A stretch of 15,080 bases of DNA from Elusimicrobiota bacterium (GTDB taxonomy: Bacteria > Elusimicrobiota > Elusimicrobia > Elusimicrobiales > UBA9959), in assembly GCA_036574205.1 (NCBI GenBank), contig JAINCQ010000026.1, positions 1 through 15,080 of the forward strand, read 5' to 3'. The position numbers and the translations under genes were made by a program. The notes under the pieces are model-generated. The model did not search any database. It was not told the DNA's origin and saw only the letters and a program-made list of their open reading frames with translations. Positions within the stretch are counted from its first letter, which is position 1. Each line of letters starts with the position of its first letter. This document shows positions 8,715 through 15,080 of this stretch, piece by piece.

Positions 8715-9035
8715 ATGAAAATATGTGTCTCTGCAATGGGTGGTTCTCTGGAAGACAGAGTAAGCGAGCGTTTTGGAAGAGCTCCTTACTTTATAATAGT
8801 TGACAGCGAAACGATGGAGTTTGTTTCCATAATGAACGAGGCTGTTAATATGCAGGGGGGTGCCGGACCTGAGGCTGTGCGCCAGATAGTGGAGCAAAAA
8901 GCCAATATTGTTCTTACCGGGGATTTGGGTCCCAATGCCAGGGCCGCTTTGGAGTCGGCCGGAATAAAAGGCGTTACTGGAATTTCCGGCAATAAAACAG
9001 TCCGCCAGGCTGTAGAGGAATATATTAAAAAGTAG
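8715..9035 (+). CDS. NifB/NifX-family protein, second paralog
   Basis: MKICVSA...VSERFGRAPYFIIVD, GGAGPEA, VLTGDLGPNA, LESAGIK; SD AAGGAGG. Confidence 0.92.
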   Translation: MKICVSAMGGSLEDRVSERFGRAPYFIIVDSETMEFVSIMNEAVNMQGGAGPEAVRQIVEQKANIVLTGDLGPNARAALESAGIKGVTGISGNKTVRQAVEEYIKK

Positions 9036-9055
9036 ATATTTCGGACGGAGAAAAT

Positions 9056-9850
9056 ATGAATAAATTTAAATATTGTTATGGACCTGTGGGGTCCTGGCGA
9101 TTGGGGGTTTCGCTTGGGATTGACCCTATTTCACAGACTAAAAAAATTTGTGATTTCAATTGTGTTTATTGCCAGCTTGGACCAGAAAAACCTGTTCTAC
9201 CTTTAAGACATATTTATGTTCATCCCGGGGAACTCGCAAAAGAACTTAAAATTTTAAATATTCCTGCGGATTACATAACTTTTTCCGGTCGCGGGGAGCC
9301 AACTCTTGCCTCAAATCTTAAAGATTTGCTTTTTGAATGCCGCGCCTTAAAGAGCAAGAAAATTGCGATTATAACCAATTCTTCGCTTATGCATATCAAA
9401 GAAGTTAGAGAAGAACTTGCACTTTTTGATTTTGTTCTGGCTAAACTGGACGCGCCAGATGAAAAACTCTTTAAGGCAATAAATAGACCTTCTGCGGGAA
9501 TAAGTTTTAAAAAAATCGTAAAGGCGCTTATTCTTTTCTCAAAAAATCGAACAAAAAAAATGGCTATACAAACTATGTTTCTGAACTCCAATAAAATGTT
9601 TGCCAGAAAGTTTGCAGCGCTTTATGCTAAAATATCTCCCGATGAAGTTCAATTGAATACACCTTTAAGGCCCTGCGCCGAAAAGCCTTTGTCACCTCAA
9701 GAAATGAGGGAGATTAAAAATATTGTGATTTACGAGCTAAAAAAACTGGGTGCTTCTCATATCAATGTTTTCAGTGTATATGATAAAAAAACGCCGTCTG
9801 TAAAGCCAGTCAGTTCTCCATCCACCTTAATCAGAAGAGGGAAAATATGA
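9056..9850 (+). CDS. Radical SAM protein (COG0731-like Fe-S oxidoreductase)
   Basis: YGPVGSWRLGVSLGID, CDFNCVYC (CxxxCxxC), ITFSGRGEPTL, ITNSSL, KLDA, VQLNTPLRP. Confidence 0.93.
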   Translation: MNKFKYCYGPVGSWRLGVSLGIDPISQTKKICDFNCVYCQLGPEKPVLPLRHIYVHPGELAKELKILNIPADYITFSGRGEPTLASNLKDLLFECRALKSKKIAIITNSSLMHIKEVREELALFDFVLAKLDAPDEKLFKAINRPSAGISFKKIVKALILFSKNRTKKMAIQTMFLNSNKMFARKFAALYAKISPDEVQLNTPLRPCAEKPLSPQEMREIKNIVIYELKKLGASHINVFSVYDKKTPSVKPVSSPSTLIRRGKI

Positions 9851-10140
9851 GATTATTTTCTCAACTTGCGGTAGAAGGTAAAAGATTATTATTGAAAGAA
9901 CTTATTTTTACCACTCTCATTCTTATATGCGCAGTATTTGATTTTCCCCGTTTTTTTGGACCTTTACTGATTGTTTTTCTTGCTGGAATTTTTTTCACCT
10001 GCTTCTTTTTCAGGGATCAGCGTTTTGTTCTATACCAGAGCGCAAACGGTATTTTGACGGCTCCTTCTTACGACACAGTGATGAAAACCTGCATTGAGGG
10101 CGGAATTCCCATTATTAAGAATTTTCCTTTCAGTTGTGGT
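9847..10140 (+). pseudogene. Degraded 5' fragment of a phosphatidylserine decarboxylase-like gene
   Basis: LAVEG followed by a hydrophobic stretch and FFFRDQ...ILTAPSYDTV mirrors the Psd pattern IAxEG...FFRDP...IVSPADGKV. A shifted frame at 10118-10135 reads RIFLSV (Psd IFMSV/IFLSV), after which similarity stops. No catalytic C-terminus is present. Confidence 0.6.
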
Positions 10141-10187
10141 GTCTGCTGTTTTCGCTTTATAAGATATACGAAAAATATTTAGCATTT

Positions 10188-10952
10188 ATGAAGATATTGG
10201 AAACATTGATAAAGGGAGTCGAGAAAAGGAAAATAGTTTCCGTTCATATAGGATTTTTTACCACTGCTGTGGTTTCAAAAGGACGGAGAGGAGACCTGAA
10301 ATGCGGGCTTGCCAGCACATTGCGCGCTGACAAATGCCGCAGCGGTATAAGAGGAGCAGGGAAATTTGAAGGCAGAAAAGTTTCTGAAATAGGCAGATTT
10401 CTTATTTCCGGGCAAGGACCTGAAATTTCTATTGGTATGGCGGCTTTGAACTCCGCTTTGCCTGAATATCCTTATCAGGAAATAAATGCTGAAAAAATTA
10501 TACTGGAAAAAGCTTTTAGGAAAAAAGTTGCTATAATAGGACATTTTCCTTTTACCGACAAAATCAGAAATATAGCCGAAAAATTATGGGTTTTTGAGCT
10601 TGAACCTAAAGACAATAAAGATTTACCTTTCGACAGGGCTTTGAACATTTTACCTCGTGTTGATGTTGTGGCGATTACGGCGATGTCACTTTTGAATGGA
10701 ACATTTAGCAAAATATTATCTTATTGCCATCGGGATTCTTTCAAAATATTACTGGGACCTTCAACACCCTTAACACCTTTACTTTTTGATTTCGGTATTA
10801 ACGCTATTTGTGGAGTTAAAGTTTTTGACCACAAAGCTCTTATAAAAGCTCTTTCTCAAGGTAGTAATTTTCGCAGCTTGCCCGGCAAAAAGATGGTTGC
10901 TTTGATAAATAAGACTAAAAAATTAGGAGAAAACTTAGGAAAAGGCAGATAA
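10188..10952 (+). CDS. DUF364 (putative heavy-metal chelation, Rossmann-like) protein with N-terminal DUF4213-like region
   Basis: VHIGFFTTAV, CGLAST, SIGMAALNS, KVAIIGHFPF, VFELEP, DVVAITAMSLLNGT, LLGPSTPL, LFDFG. Start taken as ATG 10188. Confidence 0.88.
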   Translation: MKILETLIKGVEKRKIVSVHIGFFTTAVVSKGRRGDLKCGLASTLRADKCRSGIRGAGKFEGRKVSEIGRFLISGQGPEISIGMAALNSALPEYPYQEINAEKIILEKAFRKKVAIIGHFPFTDKIRNIAEKLWVFELEPKDNKDLPFDRALNILPRVDVVAITAMSLLNGTFSKILSYCHRDSFKILLGPSTPLTPLLFDFGINAICGVKVFDHKALIKALSQGSNFRSLPGKKMVALINKTKKLGENLGKGR

Positions 10953-10986
10953 AAGCTTTTGTAAGGTAAAAATTAAAGGAGGGATC

Positions 10987-11175
10987 ATGCCTCTGGGAGA
11001 TGGAAGCGGTCCATATGGTTTGGGTCCTGGAACAGGTAGAGGAAAAGGCAAATGCGGAATATATGATAAAAGTATAATAACTGGTAGAAATAAATGGTTG
11101 GCTATTATTGGCATGGCTATATATTTAGTTTCAATTGTATCCAGATTATTATCAAAGAAGAATAAAGGAGGATAA
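10987..11175 (+). CDS. Small DUF5320-like protein with C-terminal transmembrane helix
   Basis: MPLGDGSGPYGLGPGTGRGKGKCG, then WLAIIGMAIYLVSIV; SD AAGGAGG. Confidence 0.75.
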   Translation: MPLGDGSGPYGLGPGTGRGKGKCGIYDKSIITGRNKWLAIIGMAIYLVSIVSRLLSKKNKGG

Positions 11176-11180
11176 AACTT

Positions 11181-11498
11181 ATGTTTGGAATAAATAGAGC
11201 AGGAAGATGCCGTAGAAACCGATATATGCGATGCGGAATGGGAGAAAAATCGTGGGGAAAAAACAGTTTTTTGGGAATGAGGGGATTTTTTAATGCAAAT
11301 AGAAATGCTGGTCTGGAAAATAAGGTAAAAAAAGCAATAGTTGATGATTCTAAATGTCTTTCCTGCGGCGCATGTATTGAGGTTTGCCCGCGTGGAGCCA
11401 TAAAGCTTAAAGATAAAGCAGTTGTAAACTACGAAAAATGCGTGGGCTGTGGATATTGCGTAGTTCGTTGTCCGGCGAAAGCAATATCTCTCAAGTAA
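11181..11498 (+). CDS. 2x[4Fe-4S] ferredoxin-like protein with basic Gly/Arg-rich N-terminus
   Basis: CLSCGACIEVCP and CVGCGYCVVRCP; SD AAGGAGG. Confidence 0.9.
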   Translation: MFGINRAGRCRRNRYMRCGMGEKSWGKNSFLGMRGFFNANRNAGLENKVKKAIVDDSKCLSCGACIEVCPRGAIKLKDKAVVNYEKCVGCGYCVVRCPAKAISLK

Positions 11499-11531
11499 AA
11501 CTACGATTTTTTTGGGTATGTGAGATTCTAA

Positions 11532-12248
11532 ATGGAGAAAAGCCAGTTTGAAATCAGAATTGTATTCAATAATATTTCCGATATTCCAGGTTTTAAAACC
11601 TCGTGGGGTAATTCACTTATTGTCAAAAATTCCGATTTATGCCTTCTTTTCGATACGGGCAATGACGGAGACATACTGCTTTATAATCTGGAAAAAGCGG
11701 GGATTAACCCGTTGGAAATAAATGCAATAGTTCTTTCCCATAATCATAATGACCATACCGGCGGAGTTTGGAAAATTTTGTCAGCCGGCGCAAGACCAAA
11801 AGTTTTTTTACCGAATAGTTTTCCCCTCGCTTTGAAGAAAAAAATAAAAGCTTTTGGCTTGACAGTTAAAAATGTTAGAGATTTTGGTGAACTTTACAAT
11901 TTGATATATTCCACAGGTGAAATGGAAAGTCGACAGTTTGAGCAGGGTTTGATATTGAAGACAGAAAAAGGGCCGGTTCTCCTTACCGGCTGTGCGCACC
12001 CCGGTATTGAAAAAATGGCTGAAAAATGCCGTTCTAATTTGGACATACCCTATCTTATATGCGGAGGATTTCATCTTAAAGACAATGCAGAGTCAGAAAT
12101 AAAAAAAATTGTTCGCAACCTTTACGATATGGGCATAAAAAAAGTTTCTCCCAATCATTGCTCCGGCGAGATTGCATTAAAAGAATTCAGTTCTGTATGG
12201 GGAAATAATTTTATAAAAAGTGGCTGCGGAACTTTTCTAAAAATATAA
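11532..12248 (+). CDS. MBL-fold metallohydrolase (COG1237 type)
   Basis: LLFDTG, LSHNHNDHTGG (HxHxDH), LTGCAHPGI, GGFHL, PNHCSG. Confidence 0.92.
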   Translation: MEKSQFEIRIVFNNISDIPGFKTSWGNSLIVKNSDLCLLFDTGNDGDILLYNLEKAGINPLEINAIVLSHNHNDHTGGVWKILSAGARPKVFLPNSFPLALKKKIKAFGLTVKNVRDFGELYNLIYSTGEMESRQFEQGLILKTEKGPVLLTGCAHPGIEKMAEKCRSNLDIPYLICGGFHLKDNAESEIKKIVRNLYDMGIKKVSPNHCSGEIALKEFSSVWGNNFIKSGCGTFLKI

Positions 12249-12414
12249 ATAATTTATTTAGAGTTTATAAACAGTTTTATCCCCTTCTTCATAGAAGATA
12301 TAATATTGATTCATCGGCAGTTTTTGTCATTGCAGCAATGAATGGTTTTCTATTCCCTTTTAAAACATATTCTGAATAATTTGAAATATATGGCTGTAAT
12401 AAAAAAATAGATAA

Positions 12415-12750
12415 TCAAAATTTACACTGGCATGATTTAGAATTTAGAATCTCTTTTTGTTCTTTTATTGAGTTTATAAAAACATCCTGTTTTGATTTAC
12501 CTGTTGCAAGTTTTTTATCGAGTGGAGTATTATGATTGTACCCTCTACGCTTAAATTCAGATACCAGAAGCTCATGTCTTAAATATAAAGCTTTTAATTT
12601 CCTCTTCCATCTTAAAGTTTCTGGATGCTTTGAATAACCGCCTTTGCCTTTATGTTTTGTCAGTATGTTCCAGATAGCATATAATTCTCTATGCTCGCCA
12701 AGTAAATGCTTTCTGCAAAGATATTTTGGATTAATATCCCAGATTCTCAT
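12415..12750 (-). CDS. Pyrimidine dimer DNA glycosylase / endonuclease V family protein
   Basis: MRIWDINPKYLCRKHLLGEHREL, GYSKHPETLRW, LYLRHELLVSEFKRRGYNH. Confidence 0.82.
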   Translation of the reverse strand: MRIWDINPKYLCRKHLLGEHRELYAIWNILTKHKGKGGYSKHPETLRWKRKLKALYLRHELLVSEFKRRGYNHNTPLDKKLATGKSKQDVFINSIKEQKEILNSKSCQCKF

Positions 12751-12758
12751 ATCTTTCT

Positions 12759-12817
12759 AACCTCGCAGGTTGACCACTTTATCTCCTCTCAAATATAATT
12801 CCAACCTCGTAGGTTGG
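12759..12817. repeat. Two palindromes AACCT-CGY-AGGTT, 44 bp apart
   Basis: AACCTCGCAGGTTG (12759-12772) and AACCTCGTAGGTTG (12803-12816; extends to CCAACCT-CGT-AGGTTGG at 12801-12817). Confidence 0.75.
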
Positions 12818-12890
12818 TTTCGGTTTAAACAGTTTGGTAATATTTAGAAAATATATAAAAATAAACAATTTTATGCTTTTTTTTATTTTC

Positions 12891-14090
12891 TTACTCTTCA
12901 CCTGCTCCAGTAGATGAAAAAGTTTTAGCTCTCTCAATATCAGAAGGCAATAGATGTGCAGGTAAAAATTTAAAATTGGCAATTGCTGTCGGGATAACAG
13001 CACTTGCTATTACAGCTATCACTAAAAATGAATATTGTGATCCGTTTACTATCCCATGTGAAAAGCCATATAAGGCGGAAATTGTGCCAAATGTAAGACC
13101 AGTAGACATCATTAGTGTGTAATACCATCGTTCATTTGAGACCTTGTTAAATATTCCAATTACAGGATATAAGCCAAATATTTTTGTTATTACTTTGCCT
13201 AAAAAAAGTACAAAAAAAACCAACGGAGCTGAAAATAAGGATGGTAGTGAGACAAAAGAGCCAGCCCTGATAAAATAAAAGGGAGTAAGAAATCCAACGG
13301 TTAATGAACGCAAACGTCTTATCCAGGCATGATTTTGTGAAGAAAATTCCGCAAGCACCATTCCAGCAATATATGCCGGCAAAACCGCTTCACTGCCCGA
13401 CCAGATTGCCAGAGCTCCCATTGCAAACAATATAAATGATATCCACTTTACCCTTATTGCAGCGGTTCTATCCCCATAAACCCTTGTAAAGAAAGTTGTC
13501 AAAGAAGGTAATGAAAATATCAGCAATACGGTAACAATAATAAAAATCAATGTTCTATATGTAAAAGGCGCAAATATTAAACCTAACGCTATAACAGTTC
13601 CGAGGTCATTAATAAAACATGAACCAAGTATCCCTTTTCCAAATTCTGTTTTATTAAAGCCGGTCTCAAGCATCACAGCATATACAACAGCTATAGAGGT
13701 CGTTGAAAGAGCTATGCCAGCAAGAAAACTTGCTTTTACGCTCCAACCAAGCAAATAGTAAGCAATAGCAGTGCATCCTAAAAATGGAGACATAAAGCCA
13801 GTAATACCAACCACTAATACTTCTTTCCATTTGATTTTTATTACCTTTGGATCCAGTTCAGCGCCTGCAAGAAAAGTTAAGAAAATAGCGCCAGCTGATG
13901 CGAGAAATTTTAACCATTCAAAGTTGCTGCCAAATGAATTTATGCCAAAATATTTCGTTGAAATTGCGCTAGCAATAATTCCAATACAGATTTCAACTAA
14001 CGCTATGGAAATTTTAAGGTGATAAGCCACCACAGCAGATATTACAGCAAGTCCTAACCATAAAGAAGCAATGAAATAAATATGCTCCAT
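12891..14090 (-). CDS. Cation:proton antiporter (Na+/H+ exchanger, CPA superfamily)
   Basis: 399 aa, multi-TM; FLAGAELD, GIALSTTSIAVV, FINDLGTV, FLTPFYFIRAG, MSTGLTFG; SD AAGGAG. Confidence 0.92.
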   Translation of the reverse strand: MEHIYFIASLWLGLAVISAVVAYHLKISIALVEICIGIIASAISTKYFGINSFGSNFEWLKFLASAGAIFLTFLAGAELDPKVIKIKWKEVLVVGITGFMSPFLGCTAIAYYLLGWSVKASFLAGIALSTTSIAVVYAVMLETGFNKTEFGKGILGSCFINDLGTVIALGLIFAPFTYRTLIFIIVTVLLIFSLPSLTTFFTRVYGDRTAAIRVKWISFILFAMGALAIWSGSEAVLPAYIAGMVLAEFSSQNHAWIRRLRSLTVGFLTPFYFIRAGSFVSLPSLFSAPLVFFVLFLGKVITKIFGLYPVIGIFNKVSNERWYYTLMMSTGLTFGTISALYGFSHGIVNGSQYSFLVIAVIASAVIPTAIANFKFLPAHLLPSDIERAKTFSSTGAGEE

Positions 14091-14117
14091 ATTGTTTCTC
14101 CTTCCGGTTTAATAATT

Positions 14118-14176
14118 TATAGGAGTTATCAGCTGCGAAAGAATATCGCAACGGTTAAGGGAGAACTCCTTCTCCA
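14118..14176 (-). ncRNA. Fluoride (crcB) riboswitch
   Basis: Minus strand GGAGAAGGAGUUCUCC-CUUAACC-GUUGCGAUAUUCUUUCGCAGC-UGAUAACUCCUAU. It shows P1 GGAGA/UCUCC, a P2 hairpin, the GCUGAU linker and pseudoknot GGAGUU/AACUCC, ending about 28 nt upstream of the antiporter ATG. Confidence 0.9.
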
Positions 14177-14191
14177 CATGTGTTTACATAT

Positions 14192-14221
14192 AATATACCA
14201 AATAATAATTAATATAATCAA
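14192..14221 (-). promoter_or_regulatory. Putative sigma70 promoter of the riboswitch-antiporter transcript
   Basis: Minus strand TTGATT-18 bp-TATATT with an extended TGn. The predicted start lies about 10 nt before the riboswitch, and the position is homologous to the 4942-4970 promoter. Confidence 0.6.
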
Positions 14222-14344
14222 TAAAATGTAAGATATCGATACATATTGGACTTTTTATAATAATGTGATAATAAAAAACTTTATCCACAGTTTAACCACG
14301 ATCGTGTAAAATTAGTGGATGTTGTTTTAAAAGAAAATACCCTT

Positions 14345-14365
14345 GACTGACCGGGGCGGTCAGTC
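14345..14365. repeat. 9-3-9 palindrome identical to 4355-4375
   Basis: GACTGACCG-GGG-CGGTCAGTC. Confidence 0.9.
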
Positions 14366-14630
14366 TGGTTTTGTTGTTTTTTTATCACACAGTTTTCAAT
14401 AGATTTACAAACATCATTTTAGGATTTTCTAATCTTAAATCTGCCTAATATCTTTCTGAGATTTTGCATAAAAGCCTTAAGTAAGTTATTCATGAGATGA
14501 AATTAGAAGTTTCTGAAATGAATAAAAACGGAGGGAGTGTGATTCTCCTGCAAAACTGTATCGCAAATGTTTTGCTTGAAAGATTTCGAGTTACGCATAA
14601 CCTGGAGGCTTTGCGCTTAGCACAAGCTAC

Positions 14631-14808
14631 CTTCTTGCTATACAAATCCCCTCTCCTTTCTTGGAGAGGGTTGGGGTGAGGAGACTTAGTTTTTCACCCT
14701 CACCTTAATCCTCTCCCATCAAGGGAGAGGAAACATAAGCATCAGCAAGGAGATTTAATTATTTCACCCTCATCCTGTACCTTCCCCCATCAAGGGGGAA
14801 GGGATTTT
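14631..14808. repeat. Cluster of three REP-like hairpins, each an inverted counterpart of a left-flank copy
   Basis: 14631-14684 vs rc 4421-4474 (51/54); 14690-14719 = rc 4616-4645 (30/30, with the hairpin complete to 14730); 14762-14808 similar to rc ~4517-4561. Confidence 0.88.
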
Positions 14809-14871
14809 TATATCGGATGGGATTCGGTTGCAAATAAAATTCGCTCACCGCTCATTTTTTCACAAACCCCT

Positions 14872-15080
14872 TTCTCGGCAAACTGTAAAGCACAAGTTTG
14901 CCTGCGGACTTTCGAGTCACGCATAGCCTTGACGGCTTGCGCGACCCCGCCTCGTTCGCCTGTATTGCACAAGGCAAACTCCGGCCTTGCGGACTGCACG
15001 CGAAACCGTTTAGGTTTCGCTCTAAAGGCAGTCCTGTCACGCATAGCCTTGACGGCTTGCGCGACCCCGCCTCGTTCGCC
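14872..15080. repeat. GC-rich multi-hairpin repeat modules with an exact 45-bp direct repeat (period 120 bp), cut by window end
   Basis: GTCACGCATAGCCTTGACGGCTTGCGCGACCCCGCCTCGTTCGCC at 14916-14960 and 15036-15080; a degenerate third module lies at ~14544-14616. Confidence 0.85.

Larger units (their letters stand above)
14192..14472 (-). repeat. Right (inverted, shorter) copy of the non-coding element at 4238-4970
   Basis: Same conserved blocks in reverse-complement order. It lacks the internal REP cluster, the 60-bp insert and parts of 4706-4839. Confidence 0.9.

Noticed and set aside
5264..9035. Nitrogen fixation cluster
   Set aside because: NifB/NifX- and NifU-like domains are present, but there is no nifH/D/K/E/N, and the ATPases are COG1149-type rather than NifH.
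12250..12414. Gene fragment or terminator between the convergent MBL and glycosylase genes
   Set aside because: There is a short minus-strand open stretch with no convincing start or recognisable motif, and no GC stem with a U-tract.
821..13003. Antisense or overlapping ORFs from the track (821-1054, 1354-1647, 1967-2251, 2832-3026, 2991-3368, 5738-5959, 5828-6136, 6164-6562, 6620-6976, 7342-7764, 8508-8897, 8786-8992, 9271-9591, 10275-10544, 10475-10711, 11117-11401, 11808-12074, 12779-13003)
   Set aside because: They shadow well-supported genes and show no recognisable motifs.
14270..14420. Chromosomal replication origin
   Set aside because: Only one perfect DnaA box, no box cluster, and no dnaA/dnaN/gidA context.
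14966..14995. c-di-GMP-I riboswitch (GCACAAGGCAAAC...TCCGGCCT resemblance)
   Set aside because: Lacks the GAAA-capped P2 stem and the GGGACGCAAAGC junction; better explained by the repeat module.
13771..15044. ORFs 13771-14022, 14497-14679, 14808-15044 and 14852-15040
   Set aside because: The first is antisense to the antiporter; the others run through GC-rich hairpin repeats and have no protein-like features.
14916..15080. CRISPR array (45-bp direct repeat)
   Set aside because: Only two exact units; the 75-bp 'spacer' is itself structured and partly homologous to sequence before unit 1; no cas genes in the window.
4238..15080. Integron attC sites or an autonomous IS
   Set aside because: The hairpins lack RYYYAAC/GTTRRRY ends and do not separate individual genes; no integrase or transposase ORF is present.

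Overview
AT-rich bacterial DNA, probably from an anaerobe. The left part holds the 5' portion of a type I restriction-modification methyltransferase gene (hsdM, - strand, runs off the window), a phosphate acetyltransferase gene split by one frameshift, and a GlpT/OPA-type MFS transporter. The centre (5010-12248, +) is a tightly packed metal/Fe-S operon of about 12 genes resembling the 'orange protein' (ORP) clusters of anaerobes: DUF5320-type proteins, two NifB/NifX-family proteins, two ferredoxin-containing MinD-like ATPases, NifU/IscU, a ZIP transporter, a radical SAM enzyme, DUF364, a 2[4Fe-4S] protein and an MBL-fold hydrolase. It follows a perfect TTGACA-17-TATAAT promoter and a perfect Fur-type box. 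Converging on it (- strand) are a fluoride-riboswitch-led cation:proton antiporter and a pyrimidine-dimer-glycosylase-family gene. The most striking unexplained structure is that the two upstream regions flanking this ~10 kb block (4238-4970 and 14192-14472) are diverged inverted copies of one non-coding element. They share a perfect 34-bp block, each ends in an inward-facing promoter, both carry the same REP-like hairpins nearby, and together they show the filled and empty sites of a 60-bp hairpin insertion. All family assignments come from motif recognition by eye; no searches were run.
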